Origin: an uncultured Anaerolineales bacterium
Lineage (GTDB): Bacteria > Chloroflexota > Anaerolineae > Anaerolineales > UBA11858
Length of the DNA: 64,000 bases
Direction of reading: 5' to 3'
Assembly: GCA_964629085.1 (NCBI GenBank)
Contig: CAZVPR010000016.1
Location: 102 to 64,101 of the forward strand
Positions 44,991-52,701 of this stretch are shown piece by piece. The first letter of the stretch is position 1. Every line of letters begins with the position of its first letter. The position numbers were made by a program, and so were the translations under genes. The notes beneath the pieces are model-generated. The model was not told the DNA's origin. It was given only the letters and a program-made list of their open reading frames with translations, and ran no database searches.

Positions 44991-45748
44991 TGCCTGTAAA
45001 ACATCAACCCAATTATGAGATTTTGTTGCCCGAATGCGAAGGTGATGTCCTTCAAATTCGGGATCTGCGCTTTGCCTATCCTGACGGGCATGTTGCCTTG
45101 CAGGGAGTCGATCTCAAATTGTGCGATGGAGAAAAGGTGGCTTTGGTTGGCCCCAATGGAGCCGGCAAATCTACATTGATGCTGCACCTGAATGGTATCT
45201 TGAGCGGCGAAGGTGATATTTCCATCGCCGGGCTGCCCATTACTGCTGAGAATTTACCCGTAATTCGGGCGTTGGTAGGACTGGTCTTTCAGAATCCCGA
45301 TGATCAGCTCTTTTCGCCAACAGTCTTCGAGGATGTCGCTTTTGGCCCTTTGCACATGGGCCTGCCTGAAGATGAAGTTCGCCAGAGAGTGGAAGATGCC
45401 CTTTCGGCCGTACACATGCAGGATTTTCGTGAACGCCTTTCTCATCATCTCAGCATGGGGCAAAAGAAACGCATTGCCATCGCCACCGTTTTGGCGATGC
45501 GTCCGCAAATCCTGGTGTTAGATGAACCCTCCGCTGGTCTCGACCCGCGCGCTCGCCGCTCGTTAATCGATTTCCTGACCGAACTGCCCATCACTATGCT
45601 GATCTCGACCCACGACCTGCGCCTGGTAGAGGAACTTTTCCCGCGCATGGTCATCATGGATGAAGGCGAAATTGTTGCCGATGGGAAGACGGCGGAGTTG
45701 TTGGCAAACGAAATTCTTCTCGAAGCGCACGGGTTGGAAAAACCCTGA
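44990..45748 (+). CDS. cbiO: ECF transporter ATPase CbiO
   Basis: Walker A GPNGAGKST, signature LSMGQKKRIAIA, and Walker B ILVLDEPSAGLD. ATG 44990 overlaps the cbiQ stop (TAATG). Confidence 0.85.
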   Translation: MPVKHQPNYEILLPECEGDVLQIRDLRFAYPDGHVALQGVDLKLCDGEKVALVGPNGAGKSTLMLHLNGILSGEGDISIAGLPITAENLPVIRALVGLVFQNPDDQLFSPTVFEDVAFGPLHMGLPEDEVRQRVEDALSAVHMQDFRERLSHHLSMGQKKRIAIATVLAMRPQILVLDEPSAGLDPRARRSLIDFLTELPITMLISTHDLRLVEELFPRMVIMDEGEIVADGKTAELLANEILLEAHGLEKP

Positions 45749-45751
45749 TTT

Positions 45752-46384
45752 ATGTTCAAATCCATCTATTGGAAATCTTTCCCGCAAGACTTCCTTAGGA
45801 TTCAAATTGGTTTTGCATTATTTGGCCTGGCGATTGCGCTCCTGATCCAGGGTAATTTGGGAACTGGCGCCTGGGGAGTGTTGGAAGTGGGGTTGGCCTA
45901 TCTATTGGATATCACGCCGGGCACAATGGCGGTCATATCTGGGTTTGTTGTATTGTCCGGGTCTTTGATCCTGCGGGAGAAAATTGGCTGGGGTACCCTG
46001 GCTAATATCCTTAGCATCGGTCCCTGGATGGATGCCTTTTTGGGGGTGATTCCCTCGGTTGACGATAATCTACTTTACCAATCCAGTATGCTTTTGGGGG
46101 CGACCTTTATTATAGGTTGCGCCAGCGCTATCTATATCGGTGTGGATGCTGGCGCCGGGCCGCGTGACAGCCTGATGCTGGCCCTAAACCGCACAACGGG
46201 TCTGAGTGTGCGGCTGGCACGCACCATCATCGAGGTGACCGTTTTCATCATCGGTTGGTTGATTGGCGGCCCGGCTGGGATTGGTACGCTGGTATTTGCG
46301 CTGCTGGTCGGTCCTGCGGTACAGTTTTGGTTTCGGGTCTTGAAGGTCGAACCGCATCAGGGTAGTGAGGTGAAAAGAGCTTAG
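45752..46384 (+). CDS. YczE/YitT-like integral membrane protein
   Basis: IQIGFALFGLAIALLIQGNLGTGAWGVLEVGL is typical of the YczE family. The gene starts 3 nt after the cbiO stop. Confidence 0.65.
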   Translation: MFKSIYWKSFPQDFLRIQIGFALFGLAIALLIQGNLGTGAWGVLEVGLAYLLDITPGTMAVISGFVVLSGSLILREKIGWGTLANILSIGPWMDAFLGVIPSVDDNLLYQSSMLLGATFIIGCASAIYIGVDAGAGPRDSLMLALNRTTGLSVRLARTIIEVTVFIIGWLIGGPAGIGTLVFALLVGPAVQFWFRVLKVEPHQGSEVKRA

Positions 46385-46413
46385 CAATTCTTGCTGCTTG
46401 AAACTATGGAATT

Positions 46414-46511
46414 AGAAGTTCAACTTCTTTGTCCCCCTTCGGGGTGCCACACCATGGGCGCCTTCATCGAAGGGGGGTGGCCGATGTGCTGCGCGCAGAA
46501 GTTGAACTTCT
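46414..46511. repeat. Long-range inverted repeat enclosing a GC-rich structured core, in a convergent intergenic region
   Basis: AGAAGTTCAACTTCT (46414-46428) and AGAAGTTGAACTTCT (46497-46511) are exact reverse complements. An inner CCCCCTTCG / CGAAGGGGG pairing is also present. Each outer arm is itself nearly palindromic. Confidence 0.7.
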
Positions 46512-46539
46512 GTTTCGTTAAAGTGAAATTACCAATGTA

Positions 46540-48471
46540 CTACTCTTCACCAAGATGGAATTTCGAGAGCGTATCCAGATAATAGTTGGGTAACCCAATA
46601 TCGAAACGCTGGCCATCTATAACAACGCCCAGGAAGCCATCTTCCTGCCGTAGGCGGTCAAGTGCAGAAGTCAACTGGAATTCACCGCGCTCGCGCACAT
46701 TATTCTCGATATGTTCCTCGAGATAATTGAAGATTTGGGGTTTGATGATGTATTGCCCAAAGACAGTTAAATACTCATCGACCGGGTACCCCGCGATGCG
46801 TAGGTTGTTCTGCGCGTAATCGACAGTAGGCTTTTCTGCGAATTCAGTAATATTCAACAAATCCGTATCATCTACCATCCAGTCTCCCGTGGCCGTGCCA
46901 AAGTTGGCGATCATCTGCTCCGGTGTGCGCCGCAAACCCAATACGCTGATTCCGTGTTGGTTGAAGGTTTCAATCAGTTGTTGGGCACAGGAGCGATTTC
47001 CATCCGAGCGATAGATGTGGTCACCCAGCATCAGCAAGAAGGGCTCGTTGCCGATCATTTCGCGGGCGCTGTACACAGCATGGCCGAAGCCCTGCTGGGT
47101 CTTTTGAATAACGAATTTGACATGGCGGCCGATCTCCAGTAATTGCTGGGCATATTCCTGAAAGTGGATCGGCAATTTGTTGTAGTTCTCGATGTTGACC
47201 TGGATGTTGAAAAACGACCGGAAAGCCTCTAGATCATCTTCCTGCACGATGATGATGACTTCTTCGATACCGGCGTTGATGGCCTCTTCCACGATTAGCA
47301 GGATGGCAGGTTTGGCAATTCCATCCCGGTCGATAATTGGGAAGAGTTCCTTTTTGGTGGCTTTGGAGGCCGGGAAAAGGCGCGTGCCGAAACCCGCCGC
47401 GGGAATGAGGGCCTTGCGAACCTGTTGCCCGGTGCAAATGGTGAGTGACAGGCAAGGTAACTCGAGATCGCGTTCGATGATCTCGATGATGGCTTGTTGA
47501 TCTTTTTCACTACGGGCCAGGAATTGAGCAGTGCCGTCGCCCTGTGAACCAACGCCTTTGCCGCCCCAGATATGGGGTTGGAGAGGTTCGTAGTTCAAAA
47601 CCTTGTGGAGAACTGGAGCAGTCAATTCATGCGGACAGGCCGGCGCGGCATAACGGTCGAAAAACTCTTGTGCCTCGACCATCAATTTCCCTAATCGTTC
47701 CGCATCTCCGGTTTCCAGTAATTCTACAGCCTGATGGACGATACGTTTGTTGATTGGCCCCAATAACTCCTGAATGCCTTCTTCAATCTCATTGCTGGGG
47801 AAGGGAAAGGCCCGGTTCAGGTGAACCAGTATCTCCATGGTGTCTTTTTGGGCTTGCAGGTCCACGATGACGAAATGCATATCATCAGGCACTTGTAACT
47901 CGGATACTTCCAAATGGTCGCCGTCGAAAGTCATCAAGATAGGGCGATTGCCATAAGCACAGCCCTGATCCATGCGCCCGCAGCGCGAAGGGGTGGTGAT
48001 CTCACCCAGGTACCCCATTTCCATCTCGCCGCGCGTGGTCATCTTGAGGTCGTAAATGCGATTGAAAGCTCTGGCTGTCAGCACGCAAATGGCCGCGCTG
48101 GAAGAAAGCCCTTTCTTGATGGGCATATCCGTTTCGAAGTTGTTGATCACCAAGCCGCGCACGTGATAATGGGTCAGGATTTGATAAGCGGTCCCGGCGA
48201 TATAACTCCAGTAGCTGCCGCTTTGGGCCTCTTTTTGCAGGGCTTTGGGCTCCATTGGGATTTCATAGGGACCAAGCACTTCCCCCTCCGTAGTGGTCGA
48301 AGTCAGTACAAGAGAATGAGGATGCGGCTCGACATCGGCATAAATGCCCTGATTTGTCCCGGTGATAAGCGTGAATCCTTTCTCGATTTTGGCGTTAATC
48401 CGGCGGTATCCACCAGCCCAGTCCGAGTGTTCACCGAAGAGGCAAATGCGCCCTGGAACGAAGATTTTCAT
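46540..48471 (-). CDS. Bifunctional GHMP-family sugar kinase / UTP-sugar-1-phosphate uridylyltransferase-like fusion protein
   Basis: The N-terminal half carries MKIFVPGRICLFGEHSDWAGG and PIKKGLSSSAAI (GHMP motifs). The C-terminal half carries LIPAAGFGTRLFPASKATKKELFPI (GalU-type NTP-transferase). Start 48471 is chosen because the track extension to 48570 runs through a terminator hairpin. Confidence 0.8.
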   Translation of the reverse strand: MKIFVPGRICLFGEHSDWAGGYRRINAKIEKGFTLITGTNQGIYADVEPHPHSLVLTSTTTEGEVLGPYEIPMEPKALQKEAQSGSYWSYIAGTAYQILTHYHVRGLVINNFETDMPIKKGLSSSAAICVLTARAFNRIYDLKMTTRGEMEMGYLGEITTPSRCGRMDQGCAYGNRPILMTFDGDHLEVSELQVPDDMHFVIVDLQAQKDTMEILVHLNRAFPFPSNEIEEGIQELLGPINKRIVHQAVELLETGDAERLGKLMVEAQEFFDRYAAPACPHELTAPVLHKVLNYEPLQPHIWGGKGVGSQGDGTAQFLARSEKDQQAIIEIIERDLELPCLSLTICTGQQVRKALIPAAGFGTRLFPASKATKKELFPIIDRDGIAKPAILLIVEEAINAGIEEVIIIVQEDDLEAFRSFFNIQVNIENYNKLPIHFQEYAQQLLEIGRHVKFVIQKTQQGFGHAVYSAREMIGNEPFLLMLGDHIYRSDGNRSCAQQLIETFNQHGISVLGLRRTPEQMIANFGTATGDWMVDDTDLLNITEFAEKPTVDYAQNNLRIAGYPVDEYLTVFGQYIIKPQIFNYLEEHIENNVRERGEFQLTSALDRLRQEDGFLGVVIDGQRFDIGLPNYYLDTLSKFHLGEE

Positions 48472-48533
48472 GGATGATTGATTCCTTTCCTGGATGTTTC
48501 TGAGCAATTTTGTTGTACTATTTCCCAGGTTTT

Positions 48534-48576
48534 GACAAAAAGAAAATGCGATGTACTCTGTATTGTACATCGCATT
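48534..48576 (-). terminator. Rho-independent terminator after the 48598..49620 gene
   Basis: AATGCGATGTAC-8 nt-GTACATCGCATT forms a 12-bp perfect stem (48545-48576). On the minus strand it is followed by TTTCTTTTTGTC. Confidence 0.75.
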
Positions 48577-48597
48577 GATTGTTGATGGAGGGGGAGA

Positions 48598-49620
48598 TTA
48601 ATTGGCACCTGAAGCCGGGGTTTGTTTATCGATGGCCTTAAAGTACCCCATCACTTTGATGATCAACCAGAAGATTCCCGCCAACACAAACACCAAAATG
48701 TAATCGATGGCGGGGATGCGGATAACCTCCAGCAGCCCCTGTATCAGGCGGCCGTTATAGACATACAGCGCCGAAGCCACATAAACGCTGATAAAAGCCC
48801 AGCGTAGCCAGGTTTTCAATCCTAACCCATACAGTTGTGTCAGGATAAAGATGGCCCCAAATCCGTAGGCAAACATCGGCCAGAGCCCATTAGCCTGGAA
48901 AACGGCTACGATAGTACCGTGCACCAGCACAGTAAATTCCTGGAAAAAGGTCCAATATTTGTTCACATGGATGCGGGTAAAGAATAGACTGCCCTGGAGC
49001 AGCAGCAGGAACATATAAAAGAATCCCCACAAATGGGCTGGAGTCGAAACCGCCGGGTGATACCAAAAGGTGTAGACCGTCGCCCAGGCGAAGTAGTAGC
49101 CGTGATACTTGCGCGCAAAGCGGATGATCTCTTTTGAAAAGGGTGCTTTCTTGCCGAAGAACATCCCTCGGCGGCTGTTTTCCATTACCAAAACCCATAC
49201 CAGCAAAACAATCACCGATCCCTGGGACGTGAAGATGTGGACATCCTGCGCCAGGCCATCGTACCAGAGGTGGGTTTGCAGAACACGCAGCAAGATGAAA
49301 GCCGCGTTTATCCCCAAAGCCCAGATATTGAAGTTGTGCAGGCCAGTGGTGTATTTAGTCTTGTTTCTCTGAGAAAACCAGATCATCCACCAAAAGGCGA
49401 TTTGATGAGCAAAATACAGCCCCCAAACAGAGAAGCGAGTCCAAATAGTGGGGTCGGGCAACTTCCAGTAATACCAGGCATAGCCCGTATCGGGGAGCAA
49501 TTTGATGTTAGCAAGCAGTGGGTTCAAGGCCCAGATAAGCAGTGTGATGCCCAGGCTGAATGCAATTCCCAGCCAAAGAGCAGGTAAATCTTTGCGGGTG
49601 GTTGTCAGTGATTTTGTCAT
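48598..49620 (-). CDS. Hypothetical polytopic membrane protein
   Basis: 340 aa with about 9 hydrophobic segments rich in Trp/Tyr/Phe. No family recognised. Confidence 0.65.
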   Translation of the reverse strand: MTKSLTTTRKDLPALWLGIAFSLGITLLIWALNPLLANIKLLPDTGYAWYYWKLPDPTIWTRFSVWGLYFAHQIAFWWMIWFSQRNKTKYTTGLHNFNIWALGINAAFILLRVLQTHLWYDGLAQDVHIFTSQGSVIVLLVWVLVMENSRRGMFFGKKAPFSKEIIRFARKYHGYYFAWATVYTFWYHPAVSTPAHLWGFFYMFLLLLQGSLFFTRIHVNKYWTFFQEFTVLVHGTIVAVFQANGLWPMFAYGFGAIFILTQLYGLGLKTWLRWAFISVYVASALYVYNGRLIQGLLEVIRIPAIDYILVFVLAGIFWLIIKVMGYFKAIDKQTPASGAN

Positions 49621-49729
49621 AAACTTGGTTTTGATGTTTTTGTTTTAGATCATTATAAATCACGAATAGGTACGAATTGTGCAAATAAGACGAATAGGCT
49701 TAATGGGGTCGAAATTATATTCGTGATTA

Positions 49730-50608
49730 TTATTTCTTTGAGGGCGGCAATGGAATTAAAATTGATGTATTCACCTTGTAAGTCTCATAGTCCTCCTGCC
49801 CGCCCCATTTCTCGTCGGCGCGTTTTTCTAACATGGGGATGCCGCTGATACGTGTCAGCAGCAGCGTGATGAAGATGGGGGAGATCAAAGTGACCCACTG
49901 CCAGCCCTTCAGGATGGGTAAGGCCACAATGGTCACACCGATCCACAGTACAATTTCGCCAAAATAGTTGGGATGCCGCGACCAAGACCATAAACCAATG
50001 TTGATGAATTTTCCCTCGTTAGTAGGATCGGCTTTGAATGAGCTTTTTTGCCTATCGGCGATGACCTCGAAGACAAAGCCAAACAGCCACACCAGGAATC
50101 CCACCAGGGCGAAGATACCCAATTCTAATCGGGTTTGTGAGGTGATGGCGGCCAGTGCAGCAGCCAGGGAAAACGTTACCCAAAGACCTTGCAATGTCCA
50201 GACCTGCAAGAAGTTGAGAAACGAAACTTTGATCTCCCGAAAACGCCGATCCTCGCCCGCGGCAAGGACACGCTGGTACAGGAAGAGCGATAGACGCAAA
50301 GCCCATACAACGACCATGACCAACAAGAGCCAGGCACGACTGTCCTTTACCGGGCTGATGATAACGGTGATGATCACGACACTGATGAAGGTAATCCCGC
50401 CGGTCAGGTCGAAGAATACCTCAGTTTGGCGCAGGAAGGCGGGGATGAAGGCGATCCAATTGATAATGAAGGCCAGGCTGACTCCGAGAGCAAAAACCGG
50501 GAATGCTCTCACTACAGACCCTCCCTGACTGCCGGCCAGAGCCAGACCAATGCCCACAAGGATGATGACAGGGATTGTGACAAGGGAATTTCTTTCTGCT
50601 TTATTCAT
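49730..50608 (-). CDS. DUF1295 family membrane protein (steroid-5-alpha-reductase / ICMT-like fold)
   Basis: The motif GLWSWSRHPNYFGEIVLWIG, multiple TMs, 292 aa. Confidence 0.75.
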   Translation of the reverse strand: MNKAERNSLVTIPVIILVGIGLALAGSQGGSVVRAFPVFALGVSLAFIINWIAFIPAFLRQTEVFFDLTGGITFISVVIITVIISPVKDSRAWLLLVMVVVWALRLSLFLYQRVLAAGEDRRFREIKVSFLNFLQVWTLQGLWVTFSLAAALAAITSQTRLELGIFALVGFLVWLFGFVFEVIADRQKSSFKADPTNEGKFINIGLWSWSRHPNYFGEIVLWIGVTIVALPILKGWQWVTLISPIFITLLLTRISGIPMLEKRADEKWGGQEDYETYKVNTSILIPLPPSKK

Positions 50609-50688
50609 CTTAATACCCTTTCTATGTATTGTTTATCCAGAAAAGTTTGGATTTTTCCGTTTTATCAACGGCATAGCAATTACGGCAC

Positions 50689-51183
50689 CTACGAAAACTC
50701 CACTGACAATCCAGGCTGTATTTGCCACGGAAGTAGTATCCGATTGGTCGAAGGGTATTTAAATCGTCTCCGCTCAGGAAGGCTAGTTTTATGGTGGCAG
50801 CTTGGGTTAAATTTGGAATGCAAATTTGCTAGAATAGAAATCATGGCAATCAGGGTCAGGGAGAAGATTTCATAATGCCAAAGGAAAATCCACATGATAT
50901 TCGCAATACTTCCAATCCAGTATGCTGGGGATATTCTTTTGATCAGGCTGTTTTCTTGCTGTTGGGGTAAAGCTTGATAAATTGAGAAAACGATCAGCCC
51001 CAGATAAATCAGACCCCAAATGGAAAACACGTATCCGGCTGGAACGAAGAAGATATCGAAACGATCTGAGATTTCTCCAGTTCCCTGTCCATTGAGCGGC
51101 AGGGCATTGGCCAGACCATTTGCTGTGAGCTTAAGCACTGTAAGCAGAATAGTTATGATTTGATACATGGATATTTTTTTCAT
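50689..51183 (-). CDS. TspO-related tryptophan-rich membrane protein, apparently C-terminally truncated
   Basis: TANGLANALPLNGQGTGEISDRFDIFFVPAGYVFSIWGLIYLGL is typical of the long TspO-like family. After about residue 120 the sequence becomes non-hydrophobic (SKFNPSCHHKTSLPERRRF), and TM-like text continues in another frame. Confidence 0.5.
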   Translation of the reverse strand: MKKISMYQIITILLTVLKLTANGLANALPLNGQGTGEISDRFDIFFVPAGYVFSIWGLIYLGLIVFSIYQALPQQQENSLIKRISPAYWIGSIANIMWIFLWHYEIFSLTLIAMISILANLHSKFNPSCHHKTSLPERRRFKYPSTNRILLPWQIQPGLSVEFS

Positions 51184-51352
51184 AACTGGTCTCCGTTTTT
51201 TTTTCTAATCTTAGGGGTAGATACCGTAATCGTTTCCCACTGAGCGAAAAGACGGCAAATGTTCGCCCATGCCGACATGTTCACCCGGTACGTGAAATTT
51301 TTGTCCACTGATTGTTAATTGCACCGTAACTCCTTGCTAAATATTGATATGT

Positions 51353-52510
51353 CTAAAACTCGCCTTCCATAGAGGCAGAATAGCCGGTCATTTCGACGTA
51401 ACCATGCCCTGCGACGGCCTGACCATCCATCTCACCACTGACCTTCACAGCCCCTTCCCAATAAGCATAGGAAACTTCCATTTCTTGATCAGCGACATAG
51501 GGTTCAATTTCGAGAGTTAACTGTAGGGTGGGAATTTGGAGTCTCCAGGCCGCCGGATATTCGCCGCCGCTGGTGGCACTCTGCCAGGTGTCTAGAACCT
51601 GGAATTTGAAGTGCTCCTGGTCTAGATGGATAGTTTCGCCTCTGGGGCTGATCCAGGTCCCGCTGGAGAAGGGGTCGATACTGTTTTCCGAACGGCGAAT
51701 CTGGAAGATCATCAATTCGCTGCCGTTATCCAGTTGGATTGAAAACCAGTCCCAGCCCACCTGTCCCTTCGAGAGGGCACTGGTGCTGAATTCGTGGTCC
51801 ATCCAACTCAACCCGGTGACCGGGTATGTTGTGTTGTTCACCTCGACAACCCCCTCGGATTTCAGGCGTGTCTGGCTGAAATAATAGGAGGCATTTCCAG
51901 GATCGGGGCCTTTCTGACTGTAACCCTGATCCCCGTGGAAAATTGGCGCCTTGATGTCTTTCATTTGTAAATCGAGGCCAACGCCATCCTGTTCGGCCCG
52001 CAGGTGATATTCGTTCTCGCCGGTTTGCACGACTTGCCAGTTTTCCAGCCAAACCTGGAATGGCTCGGCCTGAGCATCAGCCAAACCCGCTGCGCCGCGT
52101 GTGAAACGCTCGAATGCGTAGTGCTCTTTGGCCGCGACATCTGTGAGGGCAAAATGAGCCATGTAGACCTGCTCGGTACCCCAGGCCGAATCGCGTTCAT
52201 CTCGTTCCTGGACTGGCAGCAGCGCCCGGCGGAAAAAGGTCAACTGATAGCCAAAATGTTCCCCAGTCTCAGCTTGCAGGTTGCCGGTGTAGTACCACCA
52301 CTCGGTCTGGTAATCGGGATGGGGGCCAAAATCTGTCGGAAAATCCCATTCCCGCGGCCCATTGGCGCGTTGGAATCCAGTGGGCTGGTCGATAATGGCC
52401 AGCACGCTCGGAGCAGGTGATTCATCATCAGCAAGGTTTCGCTCAGTTAGAACTAAGAAGAAAACTGATGCTGCTAAAAGTATGAGAATGGTCCAAAACA
52501 ATGGTTTCAT
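51353..52510 (-). CDS. AttH / CrtC (carotenoid 1,2-hydratase)-like lipocalin-domain secreted protein
   Basis: DFGPHPDYQTEWWYYTGNL...GYQLTFFRR is the hallmark AttH/CrtC N-terminal motif. Start taken at MKPLFWTILILLAAS (52510); the track ORF extends to 52543. Confidence 0.8.
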   Translation of the reverse strand: MKPLFWTILILLAASVFFLVLTERNLADDESPAPSVLAIIDQPTGFQRANGPREWDFPTDFGPHPDYQTEWWYYTGNLQAETGEHFGYQLTFFRRALLPVQERDERDSAWGTEQVYMAHFALTDVAAKEHYAFERFTRGAAGLADAQAEPFQVWLENWQVVQTGENEYHLRAEQDGVGLDLQMKDIKAPIFHGDQGYSQKGPDPGNASYYFSQTRLKSEGVVEVNNTTYPVTGLSWMDHEFSTSALSKGQVGWDWFSIQLDNGSELMIFQIRRSENSIDPFSSGTWISPRGETIHLDQEHFKFQVLDTWQSATSGGEYPAAWRLQIPTLQLTLEIEPYVADQEMEVSYAYWEGAVKVSGEMDGQAVAGHGYVEMTGYSASMEGEF

Positions 52511-52653
52511 ACGCTTTTTATGAATTCGAGGAAAACACTCCAAAGAAACCGGGTTTTTTCAGGAAATTTGCTCAAGCCTGACATTTTGGCAAGAGTATTT
52601 ATCCAAATTGCGTGAGATTTACCCAATTTGACATAAGCCGTTTCATATAACAG

Positions 52654-52700
52654 AAATCCGCGAAAATCTGTTCAATCTGCGCCATCTCGTTCTATCCGTT
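52654..52700. repeat. Five to six phased 9-11-nt repeats of unit ATCYGYG
   Basis: ATCCGCG (52656), ATCTGTT (52666), ATCTGCG (52675), ATCTCGT (52684) and ATCCGTT (52694), about one unit per helical turn. The array lies between the FtsX-permease stop and the AttH-like gene. Confidence 0.6.
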
Positions 52701-52701
52701 T

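Noticed and set aside
46391-46582. A 63-aa plus-strand ORF covering the 46414..46511 inverted repeat.
   Set aside because: It consists of translated palindrome arms (EVQLL ... KLNF), has no RBS, and overlaps the 3' end of the convergent gene.
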